Translations under genes and position numbers: made by a program
Source: Alphaproteobacteria bacterium
Lineage (GTDB): Bacteria; Pseudomonadota; Alphaproteobacteria; MPNO01
Length of the DNA: 64,000 bases
Direction: 5' to 3'
NCBI GenBank assembly: GCA_964291675.2
Contig: OZ219866.1
Location: 2,144,001 to 2,208,000, forward strand
The notes under the pieces: generated by a model
The model's input: only the letters and a program-made list of their open reading frames with translations
The model's database searches: none
Told to the model about the DNA's origin: nothing
Shown here: piece after piece, positions 1 to 9,918 of the stretch
Numbering within the stretch: the first letter of the stretch is position 1
Layout: every line of letters begins with the position of its first letter

Positions 1-1
1 C

Positions 2-880
2 GAGCGCGCGCGCATCGCCATGTTCGGCAATCTGGTGCCGCTGCTCAACCCGATCCGCGTGGCCGAGGAATACGCCATGCTCGACGTGATGTCGGGCGGG
101 AGGCTGATCGCGGGCTTCATGCGCGGCATTCCGCACGAATACGTCGCCTACAACGTCGCGCCCGGCGAGTCCTGGGAACGGCTCGACGAGGCGTCGGAGC
201 TGATCCTCAAGGCCTGGACCGAGCCCGAGCCCTTCGGCTGGGAGGGGAAGCACTACAAGTACCGCGCGGTCTCGATCTGGCCGCGCCCGATCCAGCAGCC
301 CCACCCGCCGATCCTGATGTCGGCGAGCAGCCCGGAATCGGCGCGTTTCGCCGCGCGCCACCGGGCCAAGATGGGCATGGTGATGCTGACCGACGTCGAG
401 GCCGCGAAGGACTGCATCCGGATCTACAGGGAGACCGCGCGGGAGCATGGCTGGGAGCCCGCGCTCGACGACATCCTGATCGGCGCGCATACCTGCGTCG
501 CCGAGGACGACGAGCAGGCAAGGCGCCATCTCGGCGGCGGGCTCGACTACTTCTATCACGTGCTGTTCGGCGGGCCGCGGACGGCGCAGCGCCTGGTGAT
601 CCAGAAGACGCGGTTCTACGAGGACGAAGCCAACCGCAGGAACATCGGCGAACGGCTCGCGGCGTTGCGCGGAACCACCATCGAGGAACGCGTCGACCGC
701 GGGCTGGTACTGTGCGGCACGCCCGACCGGGTGGTCGAGCAGATCCGGCATCTGAAGGCTGAGCTCGGCCACGGCGTGATGAACATCAACATGAAGATCG
801 GCAACATCTCCGATGCCGTGGTGCGCCGCAGCATGAAGCTGTGGGGCGAACATGTCGCGCCCGCGGTGCGCGATCTCTGA
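2..880 (+). CDS. LLM-class (luciferase-like) flavin-dependent monooxygenase, 5'-truncated by window edge
   Basis: NPIRVAEEYAMLDVMSGGRL and PRPIQQPHPPI motifs; the frame is open back to the window start. Confidence 0.9.
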   Translation, partial: ERARIAMFGNLVPLLNPIRVAEEYAMLDVMSGGRLIAGFMRGIPHEYVAYNVAPGESWERLDEASELILKAWTEPEPFGWEGKHYKYRAVSIWPRPIQQPHPPILMSASSPESARFAARHRAKMGMVMLTDVEAAKDCIRIYRETAREHGWEPALDDILIGAHTCVAEDDEQARRHLGGGLDYFYHVLFGGPRTAQRLVIQKTRFYEDEANRRNIGERLAALRGTTIEERVDRGLVLCGTPDRVVEQIRHLKAELGHGVMNINMKIGNISDAVVRRSMKLWGEHVAPAVRDL

Positions 881-909
881 CCGGGTCCCGGGCGGCCAGG
901 AGGGACGAC

Positions 910-1695
910 ATGACGTTCGAGGAACATAGCGTCGACCTGTCGAGCGGCCCTTTGGCCTATCACGTCGCCGGCGACGGCCCGCCGGTGATCCACATGCACG
1001 CCGCGTCGGGGTTTCGCGCGACCGCCGCGCTAAAAGCCCTGGCGCGATCGTTCCGCATCTTCGCGCCGGTGACGCCGGGCTTCGACGGCACCGCAACCCA
1101 TGACGGCGTGGCGTCGATGGAGGCGCTCGCCCGCCTCGACGCCGAGTTCGCCGATACCGTCATCGGCGAGACGACCGATGTCATCGGACACTCCTTCGGC
1201 GGCTGGCGGGCGGCCTGGTACACGGTCCTGCATCCGCAAGAGGTCGGCCAGCTCGTGCTCGAATGCCCCGCCGGGTTCCGGGAAGAGGGGGCCGGCGGGC
1301 TGTCCCCCGACCCCGAGGAATTGCAGCGCCGGCTCTACGCCCACCCGGAGAAGGCGCCGCCGGAGACCAAACCCGAGCCCGTGCTGTCCCGCAACCGGCA
1401 AACGCCCGCCCACTATCACGGCGGCAGGGCGATGGACGAGGCGCTGGTCGAAAGGCTCGGCGACATCGAAGCCTTGACGCTGGTCCTGCACGGCACCAGG
1501 GACGGCGTCGTTCCGGCCTCCGGCGCGCGGCTGCTGAAGAACCGCATCCCGCGTTGCTTCCTGATCTACGTCTACGACGCGGCGCACGCGATCGAGGTGG
1601 ATCAGCCCGAAAACTTCGTCGGCCTGGTCACGGACTTCCTCGCCCGCGGCGAGGCCTTCCTGGTTAATCCAGGGGCCGGCGACCGGGCGGCGTGA
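910..1695 (+). CDS. alpha/beta hydrolase
   Basis: GHSFGG nucleophile elbow, HGTRDGVV and AAHAIE catalytic Asp/His; GGAGGG RBS before ATG 910. Confidence 0.85.
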   Translation: MTFEEHSVDLSSGPLAYHVAGDGPPVIHMHAASGFRATAALKALARSFRIFAPVTPGFDGTATHDGVASMEALARLDAEFADTVIGETTDVIGHSFGGWRAAWYTVLHPQEVGQLVLECPAGFREEGAGGLSPDPEELQRRLYAHPEKAPPETKPEPVLSRNRQTPAHYHGGRAMDEALVERLGDIEALTLVLHGTRDGVVPASGARLLKNRIPRCFLIYVYDAAHAIEVDQPENFVGLVTDFLARGEAFLVNPGAGDRAA

Positions 1696-1732
1696 CGTCC
1701 CGCGCCGGCGCCTGTGCGAAACGGAGACCGTC

Positions 1733-2797
1733 ATGGCACGGGTCCTGAACTACGAGATCGCCTGCTTGCAGACGCGCTCGCGCGCGGTCGCGCTCGACGA
1801 AGCGCAACGCGACCGCGACATCCGCGAGAACATCGCGCGGATCGGCGAGATGATCGACTACGTGACCGCGTTCGGGAATTCGGACGTGCGCCTGGTGGTG
1901 CTTCCCGAATACGCGATCAACGCGCGCTGGCAGAGGCTCGATCTGGAGGACTGGTTCCGGCTCTGCACCACGATTCCCGGACCCTATACCGACCTCTTGG
2001 GCGAGAAGGCGAAGCAGCGGAACGTCTTCATCGCGGCCAATCTGTTCGAGCTGCACCCCGACTTTCCGCGCCGGTTCTTCAACACGTCCTTCCTGATCGA
2101 CCCGTCCGGCGCGGTGATCCTCAAGCACTGGAAGAACAACAACAACGCCTGGGTGTTCCCCTACACCACGCCGTCCGACATCTATACCGAGTTCTGCGCC
2201 AGGTTCGGACGCGAAAGCCTGTTCCCGGTCGCCCGCACCGAGATCGGCAATATCGGCCTGATCACCTGCGGCGAGCTCGGCTTTCCCGAGAACGCGCGCT
2301 GCACGATGATGAACGGCGCCGAGATCCTCGCCCATCTGACATCCGAGCCGCACAACATGAGCCACGGCGACGTGTACAACTGGGAGGCCTACCGCATGAC
2401 CCGGGCCTATGAGAACAAGTGCTATCTCGCGGCGGCCAATATCGGCATGTACGAGGGCGCGACGCGGGGGCTTCACGGCAGCCACGGGGATTCCGGCATC
2501 TATTCCTTCGACGGCGGGTGCATCAACCGGATCCGGGGCGCCGGCGAGGCGACCATCAAGGCGCCGGTCGACATGAACGCCCTGCGCCGCGCCCGCGCCA
2601 GGCCGTTTCATCCCGTGACCATCCGTGCCGAGATGTATGCCAGGGAGTACGCGGCGTCCGTCGGCTGGCCCAATGACGGGTTCGCCGACAAGCCGATAGA
2701 GAGCATCGAGGAGACCAGGGCGCAGTTCCGCCGTCTGGTCGAGGAGCGCCGGGCGAGGGGGATCGACATCGCGCCCCGCGAATGGCCCGACGATTGA
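1733..2797 (+). CDS. carbon-nitrogen hydrolase (nitrilase/amidase superfamily)
   Basis: E-K-C triad: LPEYA, KHWK, ITCGELGFPE; FFNTSFLIDPSG. Confidence 0.88.
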   Translation: MARVLNYEIACLQTRSRAVALDEAQRDRDIRENIARIGEMIDYVTAFGNSDVRLVVLPEYAINARWQRLDLEDWFRLCTTIPGPYTDLLGEKAKQRNVFIAANLFELHPDFPRRFFNTSFLIDPSGAVILKHWKNNNNAWVFPYTTPSDIYTEFCARFGRESLFPVARTEIGNIGLITCGELGFPENARCTMMNGAEILAHLTSEPHNMSHGDVYNWEAYRMTRAYENKCYLAAANIGMYEGATRGLHGSHGDSGIYSFDGGCINRIRGAGEATIKAPVDMNALRRARARPFHPVTIRAEMYAREYAASVGWPNDGFADKPIESIEETRAQFRRLVEERRARGIDIAPREWPDD

Positions 2798-2890
2798 TCC
2801 CGCCGCCCGCCGCCGCACCGGTTCGGAAAACGCGAAAGACCTGTATCATTCCCGCCGGATCGCGAGTCGAGACGGCGCCAGGGAGGAGCC

Positions 2891-4075
2891 ATGCGGGCCG
2901 GATACCGGGTCATCGACGTCGACAGCCACGTGACGCCGTCCCTCGAGGTGCTGCACCGCCACGCCGACGCGGGGCTGAAAGCGCGCTGGGACGAGCTCGC
3001 GCCGTTCATGCGGACCATGAATTCTCCGCCGGGCCGCGGCCATCCCGACGAGCCCTGGACGACGCTCAAGATCAACCCGATCCCCTACGACCGCGTGGCG
3101 GGCCGCAAGGGCGATGCCGGGGAGGCGCGGAAGGGCGGTGCCGGTGCGCTCGCCGGCCGCGTGCAGAACATTGCCAAGGAAACCTGCAGCCCGCGGATAC
3201 AGCACGACAACAGCACCGGCCGGCTGGCGGACATGGACCGGGAGGGGGTCGACGTCAACTGCCTGATCCCCGGCACCTGGGCGTCGGCCGCGACCGCGCT
3301 CGACCCGTCCCTCGCCGTCGGTCTCTACGGCGCCTATCACGAGTACATGGCCGCGTTCTGCGCCGCCGATCCCGATCGCCTAAAGGGCCTGCTGCTGGCC
3401 CCGGCCGCCGACGTGGACTGGGCGGCGGCCGAGATCCGGCGCCGCGGCGGCGAGAAATGGGTGTCCTGCGTGTGGCCCGTGCTGCCCGAGGGCACCCCGA
3501 TCGACGACCCCGACCACGAGCCGATCTGGCAGGCGATGAACGATTTCCACCTGCCGATCATGCATCACAGCTTCTTCTACGAGCCGCCCTACTTCCCCGG
3601 CTATCGCGACATCTGGGGCAACGCGGCGGTCGCCCGCGTGGCGGCCCATCCCTGGGGCGCGCAGCGGCTTCTGGCCTATGTGATCTGCGGCGGCATCCTC
3701 GACCGCTACCCCGACATCAAGGTCGGGTTCTCGGAGACCGGGCACGGCTGGCTGCCCTACTGGGTGCTGCGCCTGGACAGCCAGGTGGAGTACGTCACGG
3801 GAGCCGTGCCCGCGCTCGCGATGAAGCCCTCCGACTACGTCCGCGCCGGGCGCGTCTTCTGCGCGATCGAGACCCACGAGGGACCCGACATGACCAGGGC
3901 GGTGATCGACGTGCTGGGCGACGGCTGCCTGATGTACGCGTCCGACTTCCCGCACCCGGAATGCGACTGGCCGCGCTCGGTCGACAATGTGCTCGCCTGG
4001 TCGAACGCGATCGGCCCCGCGGCCATGCAAAAGCTGCTTGCCGGCAATGCCGACCGGTTTCTCAGGATGCTCTGA
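2891..4075 (+). CDS. amidohydrolase_2 family protein (hydrolase/decarboxylase/hydratase)
   Basis: IDVDSHV, RLADMDREGVD, SETGHGWLP, YASDFPHPE; GGAGG RBS. Confidence 0.88.
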   Translation: MRAGYRVIDVDSHVTPSLEVLHRHADAGLKARWDELAPFMRTMNSPPGRGHPDEPWTTLKINPIPYDRVAGRKGDAGEARKGGAGALAGRVQNIAKETCSPRIQHDNSTGRLADMDREGVDVNCLIPGTWASAATALDPSLAVGLYGAYHEYMAAFCAADPDRLKGLLLAPAADVDWAAAEIRRRGGEKWVSCVWPVLPEGTPIDDPDHEPIWQAMNDFHLPIMHHSFFYEPPYFPGYRDIWGNAAVARVAAHPWGAQRLLAYVICGGILDRYPDIKVGFSETGHGWLPYWVLRLDSQVEYVTGAVPALAMKPSDYVRAGRVFCAIETHEGPDMTRAVIDVLGDGCLMYASDFPHPECDWPRSVDNVLAWSNAIGPAAMQKLLAGNADRFLRML

Positions 4076-4086
4076 GGCGGGGCATT

Positions 4087-4500
4087 GTGAACTACGACCG
4101 CGCGCTCGAGATCATGCTGAAGGCCAAGCAGGTGGGCGAGGACCACGGCCTGGAGGTGAGCGTCGCCGTGGTGGATTCCGCCGGCCACCCGGTCGTGGTC
4201 GCGCGCGGCCGGGAGACCGCCTGGCACGGCCCCTATATGGCGACCGGCAAGGCGCGGCTGTCGGCGGCCTTCCGCAAGCCGACCGATGCCCTGATGGAGC
4301 AGTGGAAGGACCGGCCGATGTTCCCGCTCAGCCTGACCGAAGTCATCCCCGGCGGGGTGACGCTGAATGCCGGTGGACACCCCATCTTCGACGGCGAAGA
4401 ATGTATCGGCGCGATCGGCATCGGCGGCGGCTCGCCGGCGAATGACGGCAAGATCGCCCGTCTGACGGTCGAGGCCGTGGGCGGCCTGCCGCCGGTCTGA
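4087..4500 (+). CDS. GlcG/HbpS family heme-binding protein
   Basis: VSVAVVDSAGH, GKARLSAAFRKPT, GGHPI..GAIGIGG; GTG start inferred. Confidence 0.82.
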   Translation: MNYDRALEIMLKAKQVGEDHGLEVSVAVVDSAGHPVVVARGRETAWHGPYMATGKARLSAAFRKPTDALMEQWKDRPMFPLSLTEVIPGGVTLNAGGHPIFDGEECIGAIGIGGGSPANDGKIARLTVEAVGGLPPV

Positions 4501-4513
4501 GCGAGGGAGGCCG

Positions 4514-4828
4514 ATGTCGTCCTACGAGCTCAACAAGGCGATCCACCATATCTATATCGATCGCGACCGGACGATGGCCTTCCGGGACGGCGACTACGCG
4601 ATGCTCGACCGCTTCGGGCTCGACGAGGACGAGCGCGCGGCCCTGGTCGGGCGGGACTTCCCGCTTCTGTGGGCGATGGACGTGCACCCCGTCCTGCTGT
4701 TCCACCTCTCCGCGGTCCTCAACCCGCGCGAGTGGTATGTCAGGGAGGTGGTCCCGAAGATCCGGGACATACCCAATAGCTGGTACGACTACTACAGCCC
4801 GCCGCGGGACGCGGGCCAGGGGGGGTGA
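4514..4828 (+). CDS. LigA-like small subunit of an extradiol ring-cleavage dioxygenase
   Basis: YELNK..LDRFGLDEDERAAL..D..LL....VHPVLL pattern; TGATG overlap with the LigB-like gene. Confidence 0.7.
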   Translation: MSSYELNKAIHHIYIDRDRTMAFRDGDYAMLDRFGLDEDERAALVGRDFPLLWAMDVHPVLLFHLSAVLNPREWYVREVVPKIRDIPNSWYDYYSPPRDAGQGG

Positions 4829-5664
4829 TGGCGAGCACCGTCTGCGTCATCGCATCGACCCACAATCCGCGGATCTTCTGGAACCGCGACAACGCCGACG
4901 AGCAGGACCTCGCGGAGCTCGAAGACGCCTTCGGCGTGCTCCGCCAGGGGCTCGCCGAGGCCGCGCCCGATGCGATCGTCGTGGTGGCCAACGACCATCT
5001 CGACAATTTCTTCTTCGACAACCTGCCGTCCTTCGCGGTCGCCACCGGCCCGGTCGCCGAGGGGCCGTTCTGGTACGAATCCGAGATCATGCACCTGCCG
5101 TCCTATCGCTGCGCGGTGCATCAGGATCTCGCCCAGGACATCCTGCGGCGGGGCGCGGAGAACGGCATCTCGTTCTCCCAGGTCCACGAGTTCACCATCG
5201 ACCACGCCTTCACCCTGCCGCTCTCCTATGTGCGGCCGGAACAGGACATCCCGATCGTCCCGATCATCTCCAACGCCTTCGGCTATCCGATCCCCAACAC
5301 GAGGCGCTGGTATGCGCTGGGCGAGCTGATCGCGGAGGCGATCGACGCCCGCCCGGCCGACGAGCGCATCGCGGTAATCGGCTCGTTCAACCTCACCGTC
5401 GAGGTGGGCGGCCCGAAGATGGGCAACTACAACCAGGACTTCAATCGCTGGGTGATCCGGCAGATGAGCGACGGCGCGAAGGACACGATCCTCGACTCCC
5501 TCTCCGTGCCCCGGCTGATCCGGGAGGGCAACTCGACGGCGGAGTTCCTCAACTATGTTACGGTCCTCGGCGTGGTCGCCGACCGCAAGCCCGACTTCAT
5601 CCGCCACAAGCCGGTGCGCGGCGTCGGTACCTGCCCGGTAGCGCTCTGGAAGGGCGCGGCCTGA
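4828..5664 (+). CDS. LigB-like (class III / Memo-fold) extradiol dioxygenase subunit
   Basis: STHNP, PDAIVVVANDH..NFF, IDHAFTLPL, AEFLN. Confidence 0.85.
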   Translation: MASTVCVIASTHNPRIFWNRDNADEQDLAELEDAFGVLRQGLAEAAPDAIVVVANDHLDNFFFDNLPSFAVATGPVAEGPFWYESEIMHLPSYRCAVHQDLAQDILRRGAENGISFSQVHEFTIDHAFTLPLSYVRPEQDIPIVPIISNAFGYPIPNTRRWYALGELIAEAIDARPADERIAVIGSFNLTVEVGGPKMGNYNQDFNRWVIRQMSDGAKDTILDSLSVPRLIREGNSTAEFLNYVTVLGVVADRKPDFIRHKPVRGVGTCPVALWKGAA

Positions 5665-5680
5665 AACCGAAGAGAGTCGC

Positions 5681-6073
5681 ATGGCGCCCGTCAAGCAACC
5701 GATCCGCACCGATGCCGCGCCGACGCCGACCGGGCCGTTCAACCAGGCCGTCCGCGTCGGCAATCTGGTGTTCACCTCGGGCCAGGCCGGCCGCAACCGC
5801 GAGACCGGCGAGATGGGCGACATCCGCGACCAGGCCAGGCGCTGCATCGGCAATATCGAGGCGATCCTCGGCGCGGCCGGCGCCTCGCTCGCCGACGTGG
5901 TCAAGGTGACCGTCTATCTCCGCGATGCCGGGGATGCGCCGGCCTTCAACGACGAATACCGCAAGCTGATGCCGGAGCCGCTGCCCGCCCGCTCGTCGGC
6001 CTATGTGGGGCTCAAGAACCCCGACATGCTGGTCGAGATGGAGGCCGTCGCGGTTCTGCCCGAGAAACCGTAG
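5681..6073 (+). CDS. RidA/YjgF family enamine/imine deaminase
   Basis: GPFNQAVRVGNLVFTSGQ, VVKVTVYL, PARS, LVEMEAVA. Confidence 0.92.
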   Translation: MAPVKQPIRTDAAPTPTGPFNQAVRVGNLVFTSGQAGRNRETGEMGDIRDQARRCIGNIEAILGAAGASLADVVKVTVYLRDAGDAPAFNDEYRKLMPEPLPARSSAYVGLKNPDMLVEMEAVAVLPEKP

Positions 6074-6087
6074 GGAGACGGATCGCG

Positions 6088-6933
6088 ATGCCGACGGTGG
6101 AGCTGCGCAGCGGACTCAACATGTATTACGAGATCCATGGCGAGGGCGACCCGCTGGTCCTGATCGCCGGCACCGGCTCCCATCTGCACAAGTGGCACCT
6201 CTACCAGGTCCCGTATTTCAGCCGGCACTACCGGACCGTTGTCTTCGATCACCGCGGCACCGGCAAGTCGGACAAGCCCGACATCGAGTATTCGATCCCG
6301 ATGTTCGCCGCGGATCTGTGCGACCTGCTCGATGCGCTCGGTATCGCCCGGGCGCATATCCTGGGGCATTCGATGGGCGGGCAGGTGGCGCAGCAATTCG
6401 CCATCGACTACCCCGACAAGACGCACGGGCTGGTGCTGTCCGAGACCGGGTCCGGGCCGTTCCCGGGCTACGACTTCCCGCGCGGCATCCCGCTCCAGAC
6501 CTGCCTCACCTTCGCCAGGGTCGACGGCTCGGTCGCCGAACGGCTCAAGGACTCCCATCTCGGCGAGTTCTGGTACACGCCGGAATTCCGCAAGAACAAC
6601 CCCGAGATCATGCAGAAGATCCTCGATCTCGCGATGATGGAGCCGCCGCCGCTAAAGCCCTATCTGCGCCACATCGTCGCGCGCCAGAACCACAACGTGA
6701 CCGACAAGCTCGACCGCATCGTCGCGCCCACGCTGATCGTCGTCGGCGACGAGGACCGGTTCGCCGAGGGCACGGGCGATTTCGTCAAGCAGACCCGGCA
6801 CCTGCACGGCAGGATCAGGGGCTCCAGGTTCTTCATGGTGCCGAACGCGCGCCACGGCGTGTTCTGGGAGCATCCGGAGCTGGTGAATTCGACCATCCAC
6901 GCGTTTCTGAGCGAGCTTGAGGAGGACAGGTGA
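6088..6933 (+). CDS. alpha/beta hydrolase (enol-lactonase-like)
   Basis: FDHRGTGKSD, GHSMGG, GDED, ARH. Confidence 0.88.
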   Translation: MPTVELRSGLNMYYEIHGEGDPLVLIAGTGSHLHKWHLYQVPYFSRHYRTVVFDHRGTGKSDKPDIEYSIPMFAADLCDLLDALGIARAHILGHSMGGQVAQQFAIDYPDKTHGLVLSETGSGPFPGYDFPRGIPLQTCLTFARVDGSVAERLKDSHLGEFWYTPEFRKNNPEIMQKILDLAMMEPPPLKPYLRHIVARQNHNVTDKLDRIVAPTLIVVGDEDRFAEGTGDFVKQTRHLHGRIRGSRFFMVPNARHGVFWEHPELVNSTIHAFLSELEEDR

Positions 6934-6979
6934 GACCGGGCTGGCCGGCCAGGCCGCCAACCGATCCAGGGAGGAAACG

Positions 6980-8074
6980 ATGAAATTTCGCCACGCCACG
7001 ACAGCGTTGCTCACCGCCGGAGCCGCCGCGCTCCTCGCCGCGCCGGCCGGCGCCGACATGCTTTCGGAGCTGGTCGCCGGTGCGAAGAAGGAGTCGTCGC
7101 TCCGCGTGACGCTGCACCCGACGATTGCACCCGACACCGCCAGGAAGGTCGCGGCCGCGTTCAACGCGGCCTATGGGCTCTCGATCGACGTGAAGCCCGA
7201 CCTGACCGGGCGCTATTCCGGCAAGGCCGCCAAGGGCGCCATCGAGTACAAGAGCGGCGGCAAGCCCTCCTATGACGTGATGGTGCTGAACGAGAGCGCC
7301 TTCATGACGCTCGCCGCGGCCGATGCGCTGGTCAAGATCGACGGCTGGCAGGACATGCTGCCCAAGGGCACGGATCCCGCCAAGGCGAGCCCGGGGCCGA
7401 TCGCCGGGGTCGGCTTCAAGTGCTGCGACCTCTACTGGGGCTTCTCCTACAACCCGGACAAGTTCGACAGCGCCAGGTTGCCGCTCGCGATGAAGGATCT
7501 GGGCGGCGCCGGCAAGGCCGCCATCACCCTGTTCGCGAGCAACATCACGGCGGCGATCCTGAAATACGACGCGGCCACGCTGGTCGGCTACGCCAAGGCC
7601 TGGGGGGCGGCCAAGGTCAAGCGCCTGCACCCCACCGCGATGGCCCAGCGCGTGGCGCTCGGCGAGTTCGCCCTCGGCGGCTTCCAGTCGACCGAACAGT
7701 TCCTCGACGCCAGGCAGAAGGGCGCCAAGCTGTCGATCGCGATGTTCAAGGATTTCGTGCCCCACGGGGTCCTGCTGCATGCCGTCCGCAAGGGCACCGG
7801 CAGTCCCAACGCGGCCAAGCTGTTCGTGATGTGGACCACCGGGCCGGACGCCATCGAGGCGATGAGCGAGGGCAACAATCTCGGCAACGCCGATTACGGC
7901 GGCAACGAGGCGATAGAGATCGCGCGGCGCGAGTCGGAGAAGGTCGGCGTGGTCCCCGCGTCGTTCTTCGATTCGGCCGAGAACTACGGGAAGCTCCAGT
8001 GGCTGGCGACCAGGGCCGGAAAGAAGTTCACCGGCCAGCTTGTTCGTGCCATCAAGGGCTCCAAGAAGAAATAG
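6980..8074 (+). CDS. ABC transporter substrate-binding protein (Fe3+/thiamine/polyamine-type cluster)
   Basis: Sec signal peptide, AKKE start of mature domain, PNAAKLF motif; followed by permease and ATPase. Confidence 0.8.
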   Translation: MKFRHATTALLTAGAAALLAAPAGADMLSELVAGAKKESSLRVTLHPTIAPDTARKVAAAFNAAYGLSIDVKPDLTGRYSGKAAKGAIEYKSGGKPSYDVMVLNESAFMTLAAADALVKIDGWQDMLPKGTDPAKASPGPIAGVGFKCCDLYWGFSYNPDKFDSARLPLAMKDLGGAGKAAITLFASNITAAILKYDAATLVGYAKAWGAAKVKRLHPTAMAQRVALGEFALGGFQSTEQFLDARQKGAKLSIAMFKDFVPHGVLLHAVRKGTGSPNAAKLFVMWTTGPDAIEAMSEGNNLGNADYGGNEAIEIARRESEKVGVVPASFFDSAENYGKLQWLATRAGKKFTGQLVRAIKGSKKK

Positions 8075-8138
8075 CACGCGCGGCGGCGTGCGGCGCGCAG
8101 CCCGGCAGTCCGCACGCCGCCCCGTCCCCAAGCCGCCA

Positions 8139-9917
8139 ATGGGACGACCCATCGCCGAGGCCGCAGGCGGCCGCGGATTGCGAAGATCGCTGCTGAGGCG
8201 CGGCGTCGGCGCCGTCGACGGCGGAGAATGGGCGCTCGGCGTCGTCGCCGGGACCGTCGCCCTGTTCATCCTGCTCCTGATGGCGATCGTCGTCTGGATG
8301 AGCACGCTGCCGGGCCTGCCCGGCGATCCCGGCTTCACCTTCGAGAACTACGCCGACGTGTTCGAGGACGGGGTGATCTTCGATGCGCTGATCAACAGCT
8401 TCCTGATCGGTATCGGCACGGTCGCCGTCAACATGCTGTTCGCCGTTCCGCTCGCCTGGCTGGTCCACCGCACCGACATGCCCGGCAAGCCCCTGGTCGT
8501 CACCCTGGTCGCGATCAGCGTCCTGATCCCCGGCTTTCTCAAGGCGATGGGCTGGATCCTGGTGCTGAGCCCCGATATCGGCTTGCTCAACAGCCTCTAT
8601 GTCGAGCTCACCGGCGCGGCGGAGGCGCCGTTCACGATCTATGGCATCGGCGGGGTGGTGTTCATCCAGGGGCTGATGCTGACGCCCGCCATGTTCTTCC
8701 TGATCTCGGGCAGCATGATCGCGCTCGACCCCGCGCTGGAAGAGGCCGCCCAGATGTCGGGCGCCGGCCGCTGGACGACCATCGCGCGGGTGAGCTTCCC
8801 GCTGATCCGCCCGGCCGTCATCGCCGGGCTGATCTACAACTTCATGACCGCGGTCACGCTGTACGAGATCGCGGCGTTGCTGCTGGACGAGGGTACGGCG
8901 GTCCTGTCCACCGAGCTCTTCCTCTATGTCCGGTCGGCCGGCGGCTCGATCGAGCTCGGCTATGCCGCGGTGTACGGTGTCATCATGATGGCCTTCGCCG
9001 TCTTCGCGCTCTGGTTCTACGGCCGCGCGATCCGCAAGGCGCACCGCTTCGCCGTGGTCACCGGCAAGGGATACCGCCCCAGGCTGGCGGTCCTCGGACG
9101 CTGGCATTGGGCGGCCATCGGCTTCGTTGCGGTCTATGTCGCGCTGTCGGAGCTGCTGCCGCTGGCGATGCTGGTCTGGATTTCGCTGCTGCCCGCGCTC
9201 ACCCAGTTTTCGGTGGAAGCCCTCGGCCAAGTCTCCTTCGCCACCTATGGCGACATCTGGGGACAGCTCGGCGGGTGGGAGCCGCTGGTGAACACCGTCG
9301 TCATGATCACCGCGACGCCCGCCCTGGTGGTCGGCTGCTCGCTGGTAATGTCCTACGTCACCGTGCGGTCCCGACTCCCGGGAAGGCAGCTGATCGATAC
9401 CGCGGCGATGTTGCCGCATGTCATTCCCGGGATCGCCTTCGCCTTCGCGCTGATCGTGTTCGGGATCGCGCTCAGCCGTTTCGCCGGGATCCAGCTCTCC
9501 GGCACCATGGCGATGATCGTCGCCGCGCTGGTGGTCTACCGCATCCCCTACTGCACGCGGGTGACCAACGCCGCGCTGTTGCAGATTCATGCCGAGATCG
9601 AGGAGGCCGCCCGCATGTGCGGCGCCGGCACGATCCAGATCCTGCTGCGTATCGCGGTGCCCTTGATCAAGTCGTCGCTGGCCTACGCGGCGCTGTGGAT
9701 CGCGCTCCTGGTGCTCCGCGAAGTCACCATCCCGCTGATGCTGGCGAGCCCCGACAACATTGTCCTGTCGGTCCGCATATGGACGCTGTGGGAGACCGGC
9801 CAGTACGGTGCGGCATCCGCGCTCGGCGTGGTGATGTTCGGGGTATCGGGTGCGGTCCTGCTCGGCATCCAGCGGATCTTCCGGGCGCAGGGGCTGTTCG
9901 AGACGCGGGGCAATTGA
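8139..9917 (+). CDS. ABC permease, FbpB-like with two EAA loops
   Basis: About 12 TM segments; LEEAAQMSGA and IEEAARMCGA; start approximate. Confidence 0.88.
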   Translation: MGRPIAEAAGGRGLRRSLLRRGVGAVDGGEWALGVVAGTVALFILLLMAIVVWMSTLPGLPGDPGFTFENYADVFEDGVIFDALINSFLIGIGTVAVNMLFAVPLAWLVHRTDMPGKPLVVTLVAISVLIPGFLKAMGWILVLSPDIGLLNSLYVELTGAAEAPFTIYGIGGVVFIQGLMLTPAMFFLISGSMIALDPALEEAAQMSGAGRWTTIARVSFPLIRPAVIAGLIYNFMTAVTLYEIAALLLDEGTAVLSTELFLYVRSAGGSIELGYAAVYGVIMMAFAVFALWFYGRAIRKAHRFAVVTGKGYRPRLAVLGRWHWAAIGFVAVYVALSELLPLAMLVWISLLPALTQFSVEALGQVSFATYGDIWGQLGGWEPLVNTVVMITATPALVVGCSLVMSYVTVRSRLPGRQLIDTAAMLPHVIPGIAFAFALIVFGIALSRFAGIQLSGTMAMIVAALVVYRIPYCTRVTNAALLQIHAEIEEAARMCGAGTIQILLRIAVPLIKSSLAYAALWIALLVLREVTIPLMLASPDNIVLSVRIWTLWETGQYGAASALGVVMFGVSGAVLLGIQRIFRAQGLFETRGN

Positions 9918-9918
9918 G

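Noticed and set aside
2782-4500. 572-aa ORF overlapping the amidohydrolase
   Set aside because: Only the last 137 aa (GlcG-like, from 4087) look like protein; the rest is a GC-rich shadow frame
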